64,000 nt of DNA from an uncultured virus (IMG/VR IMGVR_UViG_3300013307_000019) (Duplodnaviria > Heunggongvirae > Uroviricota > Caudoviricetes). The translations under genes were made by a program, and so were the position numbers. Positions 48,043 through 57,449 of this stretch are shown one piece after another. Positions within the stretch are counted from its first letter, which is position 1. Every line of letters begins with the position of its first letter. Where the stretch lies: the IMG/VR virus record IMGVR_UViG_3300013307_000019; one strand, given 5' to 3'. Below the pieces are notes generated by a model. It searched no databases and was not told where the DNA came from. It was given only the letters and a program-made list of their open reading frames with translations.

Positions 48043-48324
48043 ATGCGTTACAGAACTTTTTACGTTAGCCACAGCAAAGACGGATTCCAGCTTCACCTTA
48101 CCGACCGTTCTATTTTCCGGGATGCAGTAGTCGCAGTAGCCGAGTGGGTGTGTGGCATTACAGGGCATCGCGGTTGTAATACCTGGCTCACCAGTATTAT
48201 GGTTTGGTCAGACAAAGAGGAGAGAGTTCTGGTACGTCGCTCTATCGACAAGCCCACGGCAGTAGCGGTCGCATATTCCGACGATGCCTGGGGATGGGTT
48301 GACGAGAAAGAATCTAAGGCGTAA
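48043..48324 (+). CDS. hypothetical protein
   Basis: ORF filling the gap between tRNAs. Confidence 0.55.
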   Translation: MRYRTFYVSHSKDGFQLHLTDRSIFRDAVVAVAEWVCGITGHRGCNTWLTSIMVWSDKEERVLVRRSIDKPTAVAVAYSDDAWGWVDEKESKA

Positions 48325-48337
48325 AGTAAAAGAAAAT

Positions 48338-48410
48338 GCCCTTGTAGCTCAGTGGACAGAGCATCTGGTTTCTACCCAGTGTCGCGCGGGTTCGAATCCT
48401 GCCAGGGGCG
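48338..48410 (+). tRNA. tRNA-Arg(TCT)
   Basis: TTTCTAC loop, cloverleaf. Confidence 0.88.
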
Positions 48411-48518
48411 CGTCGAGACTGATACGTAGCAGTCAAGACAAAAGGCCAGCGTTACCCGCGCGTGGGTAAGAGGAGAAGCCATTCGCTGGGGCCAGGAGAA
48501 CTGGAAACTGGCAAACAT

Positions 48519-48591
48519 GCCCACATAGTGTAGCGGTTCTGCACGTCACCCTGATAATGTGGAAGTCCTAGTTCAACTCTAGGTGTGGGTA
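48519..48591 (+). tRNA. tRNA-Ile(GAT)
   Basis: CTGATAA loop. Confidence 0.85.
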
Positions 48592-48623
48592 CCCGTCGCT
48601 CGGCCCGACGTTAAAAGGCCCAT

Positions 48624-48696
<73 letters not shown>

Positions 48697-48770
48697 CGGG
48701 GTGGTAGGGGAGCGACGGGCAACCTACCCAGCCTCAGAAAGCTGAATCGCAATTACCCCTTCGTCGCCTT

Positions 48771-48842
48771 GGGCTGTTAGTGTCAATGGGAGCACGACTG
48801 TTTTGCACGCAGTAGGAAGGGGTTCGAATCCCCTATGGTCCA
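48771..48842 (+). tRNA. tRNA-Ala(TGC)
   Basis: G3:U70; TTTGCAC loop. Confidence 0.9.
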
Positions 48843-48931
48843 CGGAGAGGGTCCGGTTGGGTCCGGATAAAACGGAAGACTGTAGCCTGGGACGCTACGG
48901 CACCTTATCCCCACTCTCAGAGGAGCAATGA

Positions 48932-49285
48932 ATGACTCATACGACAGACCCGAAAGACCCGCGCCTTACACACGGTGCGGACTCCGAGCCTACGAAGCAG
49001 GCTGAGGCCTACCTTGTAGACGACGGAGAGGGAGAGTTCATTCGTCCCGTACGCTACACGTACATTCACGTGGGAGTTGGCGGGCACGAGATTGACCCGA
49101 ACAACATGGCTCGCCATGGTCGAACAGGTCTGGCTTGCGGAGCCGCAACAAGAATGTCAAAGGCTATTGCTGAGACATACGCGCGTAACCCCAAGTTTTA
49201 CGGAGCTACGTACTGCGTCGGTTGCCAGATGCACCTTCCTGTTGCCGAGTTCGTCTGGGAAGACGACACGGTAGTAGGGTCATAA
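48932..49285 (+). CDS. conserved phage Zn-binding hypothetical protein
   Basis: RPVR..Y.H...CG..T.M...IAETYAR.P.FYGATYC..C..H.P..EF.W. Confidence 0.7.
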   Translation: MTHTTDPKDPRLTHGADSEPTKQAEAYLVDDGEGEFIRPVRYTYIHVGVGGHEIDPNNMARHGRTGLACGAATRMSKAIAETYARNPKFYGATYCVGCQMHLPVAEFVWEDDTVVGS

Positions 49286-49326
49286 TCGGATTTCCACTGT
49301 AGAGCGCTGTCCATCCTAAGAAGTAG

Positions 49327-49367
49327 AAATACCCTCTCACTGCGGTGAGGGGGTATTTTTCGTTTTT
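49327..49367 (+). terminator. intrinsic terminator
   Basis: AAATACCCTCTCAC / GTGAGGGGGTATTT plus T tract. Confidence 0.8.
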
Positions 49368-49441
49368 CTCTTGACTCTATAGGTAGGACGGGTGTACAAT
49401 CCCAGACAACCGCAGTACATAGATTCTAAGGAGTAGATAGC

Positions 49442-49750
49442 ATGTTTAGTACAAACGCTCACCCCCCGCATAGTAGGTGGTATTGGACCAACCTCTTGCG
49501 CATTCGCACATGGTGGTTCACCCTCATGGCACCCGTCATTGTGATTGTTCTCTTTCACCTTGTGGGTATCCCGCTGGCCTGGATCATGTGGCTTTACATC
49601 CCACTTGCCGCCATCACTCTTCTCACGAGCCTTCGCACGCAGATGGCGTGCCGCTACTGTGCGACCCTCCTCCGCGTAACCCGCTTGGCCGGTGAGCAGG
49701 AAGTCTGCCAGAAGTGCGGACGGCCTACTGACGCCGCTCTGAGGAGCTAA
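49442..49750 (+). CDS. membrane protein with C-terminal Zn ribbon
   Basis: Two TM segments then CRYC...CQKC. Confidence 0.6.
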   Translation: MFSTNAHPPHSRWYWTNLLRIRTWWFTLMAPVIVIVLFHLVGIPLAWIMWLYIPLAAITLLTSLRTQMACRYCATLLRVTRLAGEQEVCQKCGRPTDAALRS

Positions 49751-49843
49751 TTTCTCTAGATCGATAGTACGTAGTGGACAACTCTACTTAAAACGCCGGA
49801 TTGGCCGATTAGGCCGATAGTAGTACCCAGAGAGGGTACTACT

Positions 49844-51850
49844 ATGGCTACATACACTTACACTTCAATCGACGGACAGCGCGTCCAAGTTGACGTTGCT
49901 TCTGCCTACAACAACCTCAATGCCGCTTTCCGTGCCGCCTTCGGGCTAGTCCTCCACGTCAAGAGTGGTACTCGCACCTATGACGAACAGCGCGCTATTT
50001 TCTTGTCGCGCTACACTCCGCGCACTTCAGACAACGGTCCCTACAACGACGTTCGGTACTACCAGGGAGTGCGCTACGTTCGTATTTCTTCCGCTGGTAC
50101 GGTCGCTGTTCCTGGAACTTCGAATCACGAAGAGGACGGCCCTATCGGTCCTCGCGCCCTGGACATCTATGACTCGGGTTCGAACGCGGGCGTAACGTCG
50201 GCTGGTAACGCGCGCTCCAACTGGATTCGCTCTAACGCTTCCAAGTACGGCTTCAACCCTGCCGGTTACAACTTCGGTGAGCCGTGGCACATCGAGTTCA
50301 CTGGCAACTTCGGTGGAGGTTCCGTAGCCGGTGGAGAAACTGGCGGCGACATCTACGCTCAGTGGGGCGGGGCTACCTACGTCAAGAGCATCCAGACCAA
50401 GCTCAATAGGCTTGCCTACAATCTTGTTGTTGACGGGGACCCAGGTCCAGCTACACGAGCCGCTATCACGGACTTCCAAGGTAAGCACGGACTGACAACT
50501 GACGGAGTTGCTGGTCCTCTCACCAACGCCAAGCTTGACGAGGTTCTAAATTCTTCTGGCACCGGCCCTATCGCAGTAGACGGCCAGTGGGGAGAAGCTA
50601 CTACCCGCAAGCTTCAGAGCGTGCTCGGAGTTACGGTTGACGGTCAGATGGGACCAGAGACCATCAAGGCTCTTCAGGGTCGCCTAGGTGTGACGCAGGA
50701 CGGTCAGATGGGACCGGACACAGCGAGGGCGCTACAGAAGACTCTCGGGGTTACGGCTGACGGAGCTATCGGTCCTCAGACTGTCACGGCTCTTCAGAAC
50801 TACCTCAACGCTGGCGGAAACTTCCTGAACGCTCCTTCCCAGCCACCGGTTACTGAAGAGAAGATTGTTGTTGACGGCCAGTGGGGAGCCGCAACGACTA
50901 CCGCCCTACAGAAGAATTTGGGCGTTTCTCCGGTAGACGGCCAGTACGGACCTCAGACCATCAAGGCTCTTCAGATAGCCATGGGTCAGGTAGCTGACGG
51001 AGTTCAGGGGCCAACAACAATCAAGGCTCTACAGATGAACGTAGGGGCCACGGTTGACGGTTCTCTGGGACCTGAGACTGTCAAGGCTCTTCAGACGTTC
51101 CTCAACGATGGGAAGATTTTCCACCCCGTCACGGTAGCTCCTTCCGCTCCTGTGGTCACGTACCCCAAGCCGGAAGCTCCTACGTACCCCGGAGCCAACT
51201 ACTGGAACCACAGCCCGAACAGTAACTCGCGTAACGGCACGAAGATTACTCACTTCTACATCCACCACGCGGCGGACACTTCGAGCGTGCAGACGCAGAT
51301 CAACCGCTTCATGGACCCGAACAACGACCGTCACGTGTCGCCTACGTGGTTCGTCGGGCAGGACGGGTCCATTAACGAGATGGTGCCACCCGATGAGTGG
51401 GCACCGTGGACAACGCCAAGCAACAACATGTACTCGGTGTCGGTAGAGACAGGCAACACGTCTGGTTCGCCAACCTGGGGCATCAGCGAGGAGTCTCACG
51501 TGGCTATCGCCAAGCTGGTCGCCTGGGCCGCTAACCGCTACGGGTTCCCCATCGACCGTGACCACGTGAAGGGGCACCGCGAGGCACCTAACGTACCGGC
51601 TACATCCTGCCCTGGTCCTTCGATGGACCTAGACAAGATTGTCTCGTATGCGCTAAAGTTCGCCTCAGACGTACCACCTGTTGTGACTCCTCCGGTTGAC
51701 CCGCCAGTGGACCCACAGCCACCCGTAGTGGTACCTCCGGTTGAGGATACCATCACCATCACTCTGAGCAAGAGTGAGGCCACGGCCCTCAAGACAGGAA
51801 TTAATGAGACTGTAGGGCTATTGACACAGCTAGATAGTCTGCTACCCTGA
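49844..51850 (+). CDS. endolysin: M15/VanY peptidase + PG-binding repeats + amidase_2
   Basis: R...EQ...A.PGTSNH...ALD...EPWH; VDG..GP.T..ALQ repeats; IHH...SVE...GHRE...TSCPG. Confidence 0.9.
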   Translation: MATYTYTSIDGQRVQVDVASAYNNLNAAFRAAFGLVLHVKSGTRTYDEQRAIFLSRYTPRTSDNGPYNDVRYYQGVRYVRISSAGTVAVPGTSNHEEDGPIGPRALDIYDSGSNAGVTSAGNARSNWIRSNASKYGFNPAGYNFGEPWHIEFTGNFGGGSVAGGETGGDIYAQWGGATYVKSIQTKLNRLAYNLVVDGDPGPATRAAITDFQGKHGLTTDGVAGPLTNAKLDEVLNSSGTGPIAVDGQWGEATTRKLQSVLGVTVDGQMGPETIKALQGRLGVTQDGQMGPDTARALQKTLGVTADGAIGPQTVTALQNYLNAGGNFLNAPSQPPVTEEKIVVDGQWGAATTTALQKNLGVSPVDGQYGPQTIKALQIAMGQVADGVQGPTTIKALQMNVGATVDGSLGPETVKALQTFLNDGKIFHPVTVAPSAPVVTYPKPEAPTYPGANYWNHSPNSNSRNGTKITHFYIHHAADTSSVQTQINRFMDPNNDRHVSPTWFVGQDGSINEMVPPDEWAPWTTPSNNMYSVSVETGNTSGSPTWGISEESHVAIAKLVAWAANRYGFPIDRDHVKGHREAPNVPATSCPGPSMDLDKIVSYALKFASDVPPVVTPPVDPPVDPQPPVVVPPVEDTITITLSKSEATALKTGINETVGLLTQLDSLLP

Positions 51851-51863
51851 GAGTCCCTGGGGA

Positions 51864-51922
51864 CGGCAGAAGGGCAGAGAAACGTTGAGACTCGGGTTGT
51901 CTCCGTACTCTGCCCTTCTGTC
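51864..51922. terminator. long hairpin after the endolysin
   Basis: GGCAGAAGGGCAGAG / CTCTGCCCTTCTGTC 15-bp stem. Confidence 0.55.
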
Positions 51923-51956
51923 TCTACATCGTACCCCCTGAGGCGTACATAGGGGT

Positions 51957-52271
51957 ATGGGAAGAATTGTACGCATCCAGAAAACGCTCCTGGCCGACGC
52001 CATCCACATGGACACGCCAGAGGACGAGCGGACTATCCGGGAGTGGTTCGCTGAGCACTTCGAGGCCCTGGGGGAGAGTGCCGCTGAGGCCTTCGCTAGT
52101 GCTGTAGCCATCGACCTCTCGGACCTCACTCAGAACGACTTCTGGGTTGCTCGGGACTTCGGGACCAAAATCTTGTATTTCATCCCCGGAGACAGCTTCG
52201 AATCCAACTTCCAAGTGATTTCTTCCCAGACGATCCCGGCAGACGATGATCCCTCCCCGTTCAAGTTCTGA
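51957..52271 (+). CDS. hypothetical protein (leaderless)
   Basis: ATG 7 nt after GAGGCGTACA. Confidence 0.6.
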   Translation: MGRIVRIQKTLLADAIHMDTPEDERTIREWFAEHFEALGESAAEAFASAVAIDLSDLTQNDFWVARDFGTKILYFIPGDSFESNFQVISSQTIPADDDPSPFKF

Positions 52272-52361
52272 CGATAGTACAACCGTAGCCCGGTTGTCCC
52301 CGTCAGTGTGTCGTCCTGGCGGGGACTTCCGTATTTCTAGATAATGCGCTACTGTGACCTC

Positions 52362-52541
52362 ATGAGCGAGCGACACGTACCCCCGGCAGGACAGAGCATG
52401 GTCAAGCACACGGCCACGGCCAACTGTCGGTGCGAGCCTACGAAGAAGGTTATTCGCAAGCAGAGCACGTCCGGAGCCTATGGGAAGCACCAGGGCTACA
52501 AGCAGGAGGTTACGTACCTCCACAACTTTTTGGAGAGCTAG
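52362..52541 (+). CDS. small His/Cys protein
   Basis: HVPP...H....C.C.P...HN, same pattern as 33246-33473. Confidence 0.55.
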   Translation: MSERHVPPAGQSMVKHTATANCRCEPTKKVIRKQSTSGAYGKHQGYKQEVTYLHNFLES

Positions 52542-52816
52542 TGACTGAGGAAGAAAACGAAAAATCCGCGGACCTGTGGCAGATGGCCGCGGCCATCGAC
52601 GTGAAGAGGGAGCCGCTGAAAAAGTTCGACGTTCTCAGAGCGTATCGGGATGCCGCAGGAGAGCTTGACTACCTCCTCGTGCTTTCGGTTGACGACGTGC
52701 AAACTCTTCTCTCACAGGCCTGGACACGGGCCATGGAGCAGTTCGGTGACTTCCAAGCCGAGCAGGAATGCTACGACTGGGTGCTCCCCGGTGAAATGGA
52801 GAATCCTTACCAATGA
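52541..52816 (+). CDS. hypothetical protein
   Basis: Coupled GTG start. Confidence 0.55.
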   Translation: MTEEENEKSADLWQMAAAIDVKREPLKKFDVLRAYRDAAGELDYLLVLSVDDVQTLLSQAWTRAMEQFGDFQAEQECYDWVLPGEMENPYQ

Positions 52817-53145
52817 CACGCTGGGGCTTCCGCAACCACACAGGCCATTTCGTACAGTACTGGCTTCCCGCTGGGTTTGACGAGAGAGTTGAGTACGTTC
52901 AGATTGGTTCTCGTGCTCCACAAGATTCTGGTAAGCGCGGGAACAGGCGCGGGTGGGACTTGAACTTTCGCATCCCCCGTACCGGCTGGCCATCTGGGTG
53001 GAGGAACTTGCGCCGTGAAGGACTGAGCGGACGTGAGGCTGTAGCGCTGGCCAAAGAGGTACAGCGGGCCGGGTTTGACTCTCGTGTTGTTCTTCGCACC
53101 AACAGTGGGGAAAAGGTTCTGCACTTTTTTCAGAAAAAGGGTTGA
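52813..53145 (+). CDS. hypothetical protein
   Basis: ATGA overlap. Confidence 0.55.
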   Translation: MTRWGFRNHTGHFVQYWLPAGFDERVEYVQIGSRAPQDSGKRGNRRGWDLNFRIPRTGWPSGWRNLRREGLSGREAVALAKEVQRAGFDSRVVLRTNSGEKVLHFFQKKG

Positions 53146-53170
53146 CGCTAGCGCACGTGTGCTGTAATGT
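53142..53170 (+). promoter_or_regulatory. host sigmaA-type promoter (class I)
   Basis: TTGACG-17-TAATGT; GCACGTGTGC in spacer; CTACCAAACCAAGGGAGG leader. Confidence 0.75.
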
Positions 53171-53198
53171 AGGTACTACCAAACCAAGGGAGGACCAC

Positions 53199-53426
53199 AT
53201 GGACATCACCATCGCGGACATCAACAACCGGACCACGAGCGCCGTGCGCGCCAAGGTGCAGGTCGCCCCGCGCCGTGAGGGTGCGCCCTCCTACCCCGGA
53301 GCCGCCTGGAAGACCGTCAAGGGGACCACGGGTCTCTTCTCCGACGAGGCCGGTGTCAAGGCCTACGAGTTGTCGCAGGCGCACCCGGAGAACCTGTACA
53401 AGGTCGTCACGTACAACGTGAAGTAG
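53199..53426 (+). CDS. hypothetical early protein
   Basis: Strong SD, own promoter. Confidence 0.65.
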   Translation: MDITIADINNRTTSAVRAKVQVAPRREGAPSYPGAAWKTVKGTTGLFSDEAGVKAYELSQAHPENLYKVVTYNVK

Positions 53427-53816
53427 GGGGAACCGTGGACGAATTCATCGAGAAGCTGTGGCAGGAGTACGCATCCCAGCCCGTGAACTGGGGACCGGAC
53501 TCCGGAGCCTATCTGGCCGCTGAGCACGATGCTTTCGTAGCTGGCGCGCAGGCCATGTTCGAAAACTTTCACAAGCTGACGGGGGACTGACATGTTCTGG
53601 ATCATGGATATCCCATCTGGCGTGAGCTTTACCACCGGCTACAAAGGTCTTATGTGGGGACTCAAGCGGTTCCCCCTGGAACCCGGAGAATTCTTGATTT
53701 ACGACGGAGGCTACTAGTGAACATCTGGATTGCACTGGCACTCATCGCAGTGGCGTTTCAAGTTGGCCACTCGCTCGGGTACTGGACCCGGAGCAAGGAC
53801 GAGCAGGAGAACAAGA

Positions 53817-54050
53817 ATGTCTAACTACAACGCAGGCATCGCGCAGATGCAAGCAGTCACGCGCACCGCACAGCTTGTGCAGGAGGCGAAAGACGACCTC
53901 CACACGAAGAAGGTGCACTACTCTCTGGGCAATGCCACCAAGCAGGCCGTGGATGCCGCAGAGCACACGCTGGGTGTCGCACGGGCCGCGTACCGTGCCG
54001 CTTTCAAGGCCTACACCAATCCGTTCGGAGTCACCAAAACTGTCTCTTGA
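53817..54050 (+). CDS. hypothetical protein
   Basis: SD AGGAG. Confidence 0.55.
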   Translation: MSNYNAGIAQMQAVTRTAQLVQEAKDDLHTKKVHYSLGNATKQAVDAAEHTLGVARAAYRAAFKAYTNPFGVTKTVS

Positions 54051-54076
54051 CAGATGTTGCACGTGTCCGCTAACCT
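54047..54076 (+). promoter_or_regulatory. host sigmaA-type promoter (class I)
   Basis: TTGACA-18-TAACCT; GCACGTGT in spacer. Confidence 0.7.
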
Positions 54077-54102
54077 AATAACACCACCAAGGGAGGCACA
54101 CC

Positions 54103-54318
54103 ATGAACATCAAGATTCTTGAGCTTGACAGGGCAGAGCGGGAAGACATCTTTTCTGCGGAGGAGGACATTCCCTTTTTCGAAGACGGGTACCTCACGGA
54201 AGCGGGCGAGAAGTACTACTTCGAAACGTTCGGCAACCTCTGCAAGGACTGTTCTCCCACCGGGGAGACAAAGTTCGTCACTCTCACTCACTGCCGCAAC
54301 TGTGGAAGGATTCTCTGA
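54103..54318 (+). CDS. Zn-ribbon hypothetical protein
   Basis: CKDC...CRNC; SD GGGAGG. Confidence 0.6.
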   Translation: MNIKILELDRAEREDIFSAEEDIPFFEDGYLTEAGEKYYFETFGNLCKDCSPTGETKFVTLTHCRNCGRIL

Positions 54319-54740
54319 TGGCCGCACGTAAGCCCGCATGGAAGGCAACCGGACTCAACTTCGGGAACATCACCTACCGCTGGGAAGGAACCGGCAAGAA
54401 CAAACGTGCCATCACCATAGGTGCAACCACCATCTGCACGTGGGGAGTGATGCCCTGGGTTGACTTTCTGGAAAAAGTTCTGGAGATTCAAGACCTCTAC
54501 ATCGAACCGTTTTCTGTGTCCGTCGAGACTGACTACGGCTACGGCGGGGAGGAAGAGCACTCCATCGCACTGTACGGTACACGCTACGCCACCGAGACTG
54601 AGGTTCAGGCAATTCTTGAATACGAGCAGTACCAGAGGGATATCGTCAAGAAGGAGAAGGAGCGTCAGGAGAACGAAGAGCGCACGGAGCTTAAGAGGCT
54701 CTTGAAGAAGTACGGAGAGGAGTTGCTTGACAATGCCTGA
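54318..54740 (+). CDS. hypothetical protein
   Basis: Coupled ORF. Confidence 0.65.
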   Translation: MAARKPAWKATGLNFGNITYRWEGTGKNKRAITIGATTICTWGVMPWVDFLEKVLEIQDLYIEPFSVSVETDYGYGGEEEHSIALYGTRYATETEVQAILEYEQYQRDIVKKEKERQENEERTELKRLLKKYGEELLDNA

Positions 54741-55032
54741 GTACCAAGGGCGTAAGTACCACTTCACCGAGTCTAGGACGGAAAGATTCTTCTTCACCAA
54801 GGACTTTCCTCATCAATGGACTACCGGTCCTGGCGTCTTCCATTTTGACCCGCAGACTTACGAGGACATCCGGACTCTTGAGCGAGCTAAGGAGCTTTCG
54901 GAGCAGTACTTTGTCGGAGGCTACGGCGAAGATAGGTGCGTGACTACCTACGGCGTGGAGTACGGGGTTTTCCCAGGTCTCCCGGTTTGGGACGATGAGG
55001 AGCCGGAAGAAAATGCTGATTCGAGCAACTGA
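54733..55032 (+). CDS. hypothetical protein
   Basis: SD GAGGAG. Confidence 0.6.
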   Translation: MPEYQGRKYHFTESRTERFFFTKDFPHQWTTGPGVFHFDPQTYEDIRTLERAKELSEQYFVGGYGEDRCVTTYGVEYGVFPGLPVWDDEEPEENADSSN

Positions 55033-55315
55033 GACTGTGACCATCGTTCAGGCTGGCAACGCCCCGACCATTCCCGGTTACACGTTGTCGGACTGGAAGA
55101 ACCTGATTGCTGTAGGCATTCAGCGCAACGTCACCACTGGGCGGAACCTGTACGACTGGGACTACCACGAACAGAACAAAGCATCCTTCGGCAACGCTTG
55201 GAAGAAAGTTCCGGGCCACCCGGAGCACGAAGTGGATCGCAACAAGATTCAGTATCACACCTACCAACACGGAGGCCGCACAGAACTGCAAGCTGTGTAC
55301 TTTTTCGAGGTATAG
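55013..55315 (+). CDS. hypothetical protein
   Basis: Overlapping ORF in operon. Confidence 0.55.
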   Translation: MLIRATETVTIVQAGNAPTIPGYTLSDWKNLIAVGIQRNVTTGRNLYDWDYHEQNKASFGNAWKKVPGHPEHEVDRNKIQYHTYQHGGRTELQAVYFFEV

Positions 55316-55481
55316 TAGAAGTACCACAAGAGGAAGGGGTTTCCACACAATGAAGCTTCCAACTGACAAGACTAGGGAAGGTGGGCGTGCGACATTCCGA
55401 CAATGAAGCCAGTATCGTTGTTCACTGACCTAGGAGTGTGGTCCAATATCTCGTCTGTCTGAGCAGACGTAAAAACAAGGT

Positions 55482-55677
55482 TTTAGGCTCAGAGCGGGGG
55501 AGGCTAGTCCTCCCCGTAACACTGAGACACTGCAACTCTTCAGACAACCGAGAAGCCGCACGCGCGTGAGCGGGGGAGCCGGGAACCGAGTCCCTGAAGT
55601 CAGAGTCTCCAACCAACTAATCAGATACCACCACGGCAGAAGCCGGAAGACCCTCGCAGACGTGCGGGGGTTTTTTA
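55482..55677 (+). ncRNA. ~190-nt structured RNA with own terminator (possibly Ms1/scr3559-like)
   Basis: ORF-free; preceded by AGACGTAAA (class II-like); hairpins; ends in CCCTCGCA/TGCGGGGG plus T6. Confidence 0.45.
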
Positions 55678-55686
55678 GTTTTAGTG

Positions 55687-55715
55687 TTGACGTACTACAT
55701 CACATGCTCTAGACT
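55687..55715 (+). promoter_or_regulatory. host sigmaA-type promoter for leaderless pncB
   Basis: TTGACG-17-TAGACT, ATG 6 nt downstream. Confidence 0.75.
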
Positions 55716-55721
55716 CAAACC

Positions 55722-56891
55722 ATGACATCAATCCTCAGCGGTCTTGACTTCTACAAGCTCACCATGTCTCAGTTCGCATGGCTGAAGGCCCCCGACGCAC
55801 AGGTGACGTTCACGCTGAAGAACCGCAACCCCAAGCAGAATCTTCTCAAGCATGTGGACATCGAGAAGCTGAAGGACCGTTTCAAGACTTTCAGCTACGG
55901 GTTCGGTGGCGGGGACATCGAATACCTCAAGAGTCTCAAGATGTTCTCCAAGCAATACCTGAACTACCTCTACGCGAGCATGCTTCCCACCCCTGAGGTT
56001 ACCGTGCGAAACGGGGACTTGCACGTGGAAGTGACCGGAGCCTGGCCGCTGGTGACGTTCTGGGAAACTGTCATCATGTCCACCATCAATGACCTGTACT
56101 TCGAGGACCGCGGCCCGGAGTACCGCACGCTGGGACACACGATCCTCTCGCAGACCATCACGGCACTTCGAGAGTTCCCCACCATCAAGATTACGGACTT
56201 CGGCACCCGTCGCCGTTTCAGCGGGGAGTGGCAGAGCATCGTGATTGATCGCTTGATTGAAGAGTTGCCCGGTCAGTTCATCGGCACGAGCAACCCTCAC
56301 TGGGCGCAGGTTTACGGTATCAAGCCGATTGGCACGTTCGCCCATGAGCTTCCCATGGTCTACGGAGCCATGGCAGATGCACAGAACAAGAATCCGCTGG
56401 CCGCACATGGCCGGATGCTGGACGACTGGTACAAGGTTTACGGCGAGCAGTTGAGCATCGCTCTTACTGACACGTACGGGTCGGATTTCTTCTTCGAGAC
56501 TTTCGGAGAGGAGCGCGCACACGCATGGCGCGGACTTCGACACGACAGCGGCGACCCCTACGCATTCGCCAACCGCGCACTTCGGTTCTACAACGGCTAC
56601 GGCATCAACTCCCGCCTGAAGACAATCGTCTTCAGTGACGGTCTGGACCTCAACAAGATTCTGAACCTGAACCGCTCATACGAGACCTCATTCAACCTCA
56701 TGTTTGGGTGGGGAACTGGACTCACCAACAACGTGGGCGCACCGGCACTCAACATCGTCATGAAGGCCACCGCAGTCAACGGGACTGGAACTGTCAAGCT
56801 CAGCGACGACGCAGGCAAGCACACGGGAAGTAAGGAAGACATTCAGAAGTATCTCAAGATGAAGGTTGACATTCTGACGAACGTGCACTAA
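55722..56891 (+). CDS. pncB: nicotinate phosphoribosyltransferase
   Basis: DFYKLTM, DFGTRRRFS, GTSN, GTFAHE, LTDT, RHDSGDP, FSDGL, GWGT, VKLSD..GK. Confidence 0.92.
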   Translation: MTSILSGLDFYKLTMSQFAWLKAPDAQVTFTLKNRNPKQNLLKHVDIEKLKDRFKTFSYGFGGGDIEYLKSLKMFSKQYLNYLYASMLPTPEVTVRNGDLHVEVTGAWPLVTFWETVIMSTINDLYFEDRGPEYRTLGHTILSQTITALREFPTIKITDFGTRRRFSGEWQSIVIDRLIEELPGQFIGTSNPHWAQVYGIKPIGTFAHELPMVYGAMADAQNKNPLAAHGRMLDDWYKVYGEQLSIALTDTYGSDFFFETFGEERAHAWRGLRHDSGDPYAFANRALRFYNGYGINSRLKTIVFSDGLDLNKILNLNRSYETSFNLMFGWGTGLTNNVGAPALNIVMKATAVNGTGTVKLSDDAGKHTGSKEDIQKYLKMKVDILTNVH

Positions 56892-56894
56892 CGT
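56866..56894 (+). promoter_or_regulatory. host sigmaA-type promoter (class I)
   Basis: TTGACA-17-TAACGT; CTACCAACCA leader. Confidence 0.75.
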
Positions 56895-56923
56895 GGGTAC
56901 TACCAACCACGAGGGAGCACATC

Positions 56924-57448
56924 ATGTACACAGACGCAGTGACCGGGAAGCAGTTCGAATGCACTGAGCTTCACAGCAAGTGGACTACGTGCAAGGACTG
57001 TGAGAACAGTCGAGAGAAGCTGACCCGCACTTTCGTCAACGCCTCAGGCCGGGCGTATGAAGCCCTCATGGGCGATTACTCTTCGTCAAGCATCCGGAGT
57101 GCACAGGAGGAGTTCAGGGTAGCCAAGCAGGCAATTGAGCAGGCCGGGGGAGTGGTGAACGGCAACCATGAGGTTTCCTGGCCCGAGCCTGAGATTCAGA
57201 GCGTGAGCGGGAATGTTCGCTACGGTATCTGGAACACCGTAACCGAGGAGTTCGTCAAGTTCGTGAGCACGGGTGTAGAGCCTGGCACTACGTACGCACG
57301 CGAAACCTCCTCTGACAGTGGGCATTACACCTGGATGGTAGCAGACAAGAATGTTGCCAAGGAAGAATGCGCGCGCATCAACTTGCAGTACAAGCCTCAG
57401 TACCGCTTCCACACCGTTGTCACCATTGTTTTCGACCCGGAGGTTTGA
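56924..57448 (+). CDS. hypothetical early protein
   Basis: SD and own promoter. Confidence 0.65.
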   Translation: MYTDAVTGKQFECTELHSKWTTCKDCENSREKLTRTFVNASGRAYEALMGDYSSSSIRSAQEEFRVAKQAIEQAGGVVNGNHEVSWPEPEIQSVSGNVRYGIWNTVTEEFVKFVSTGVEPGTTYARETSSDSGHYTWMVADKNVAKEECARINLQYKPQYRFHTVVTIVFDPEV

Positions 57449-57449
57449 C

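Noticed and set aside
55482..55677. c-di-AMP or cobalamin riboswitch controlling pncB
   Set aside because: Only short fragments resemble these motifs, and pncB has its own promoter downstream of the terminator
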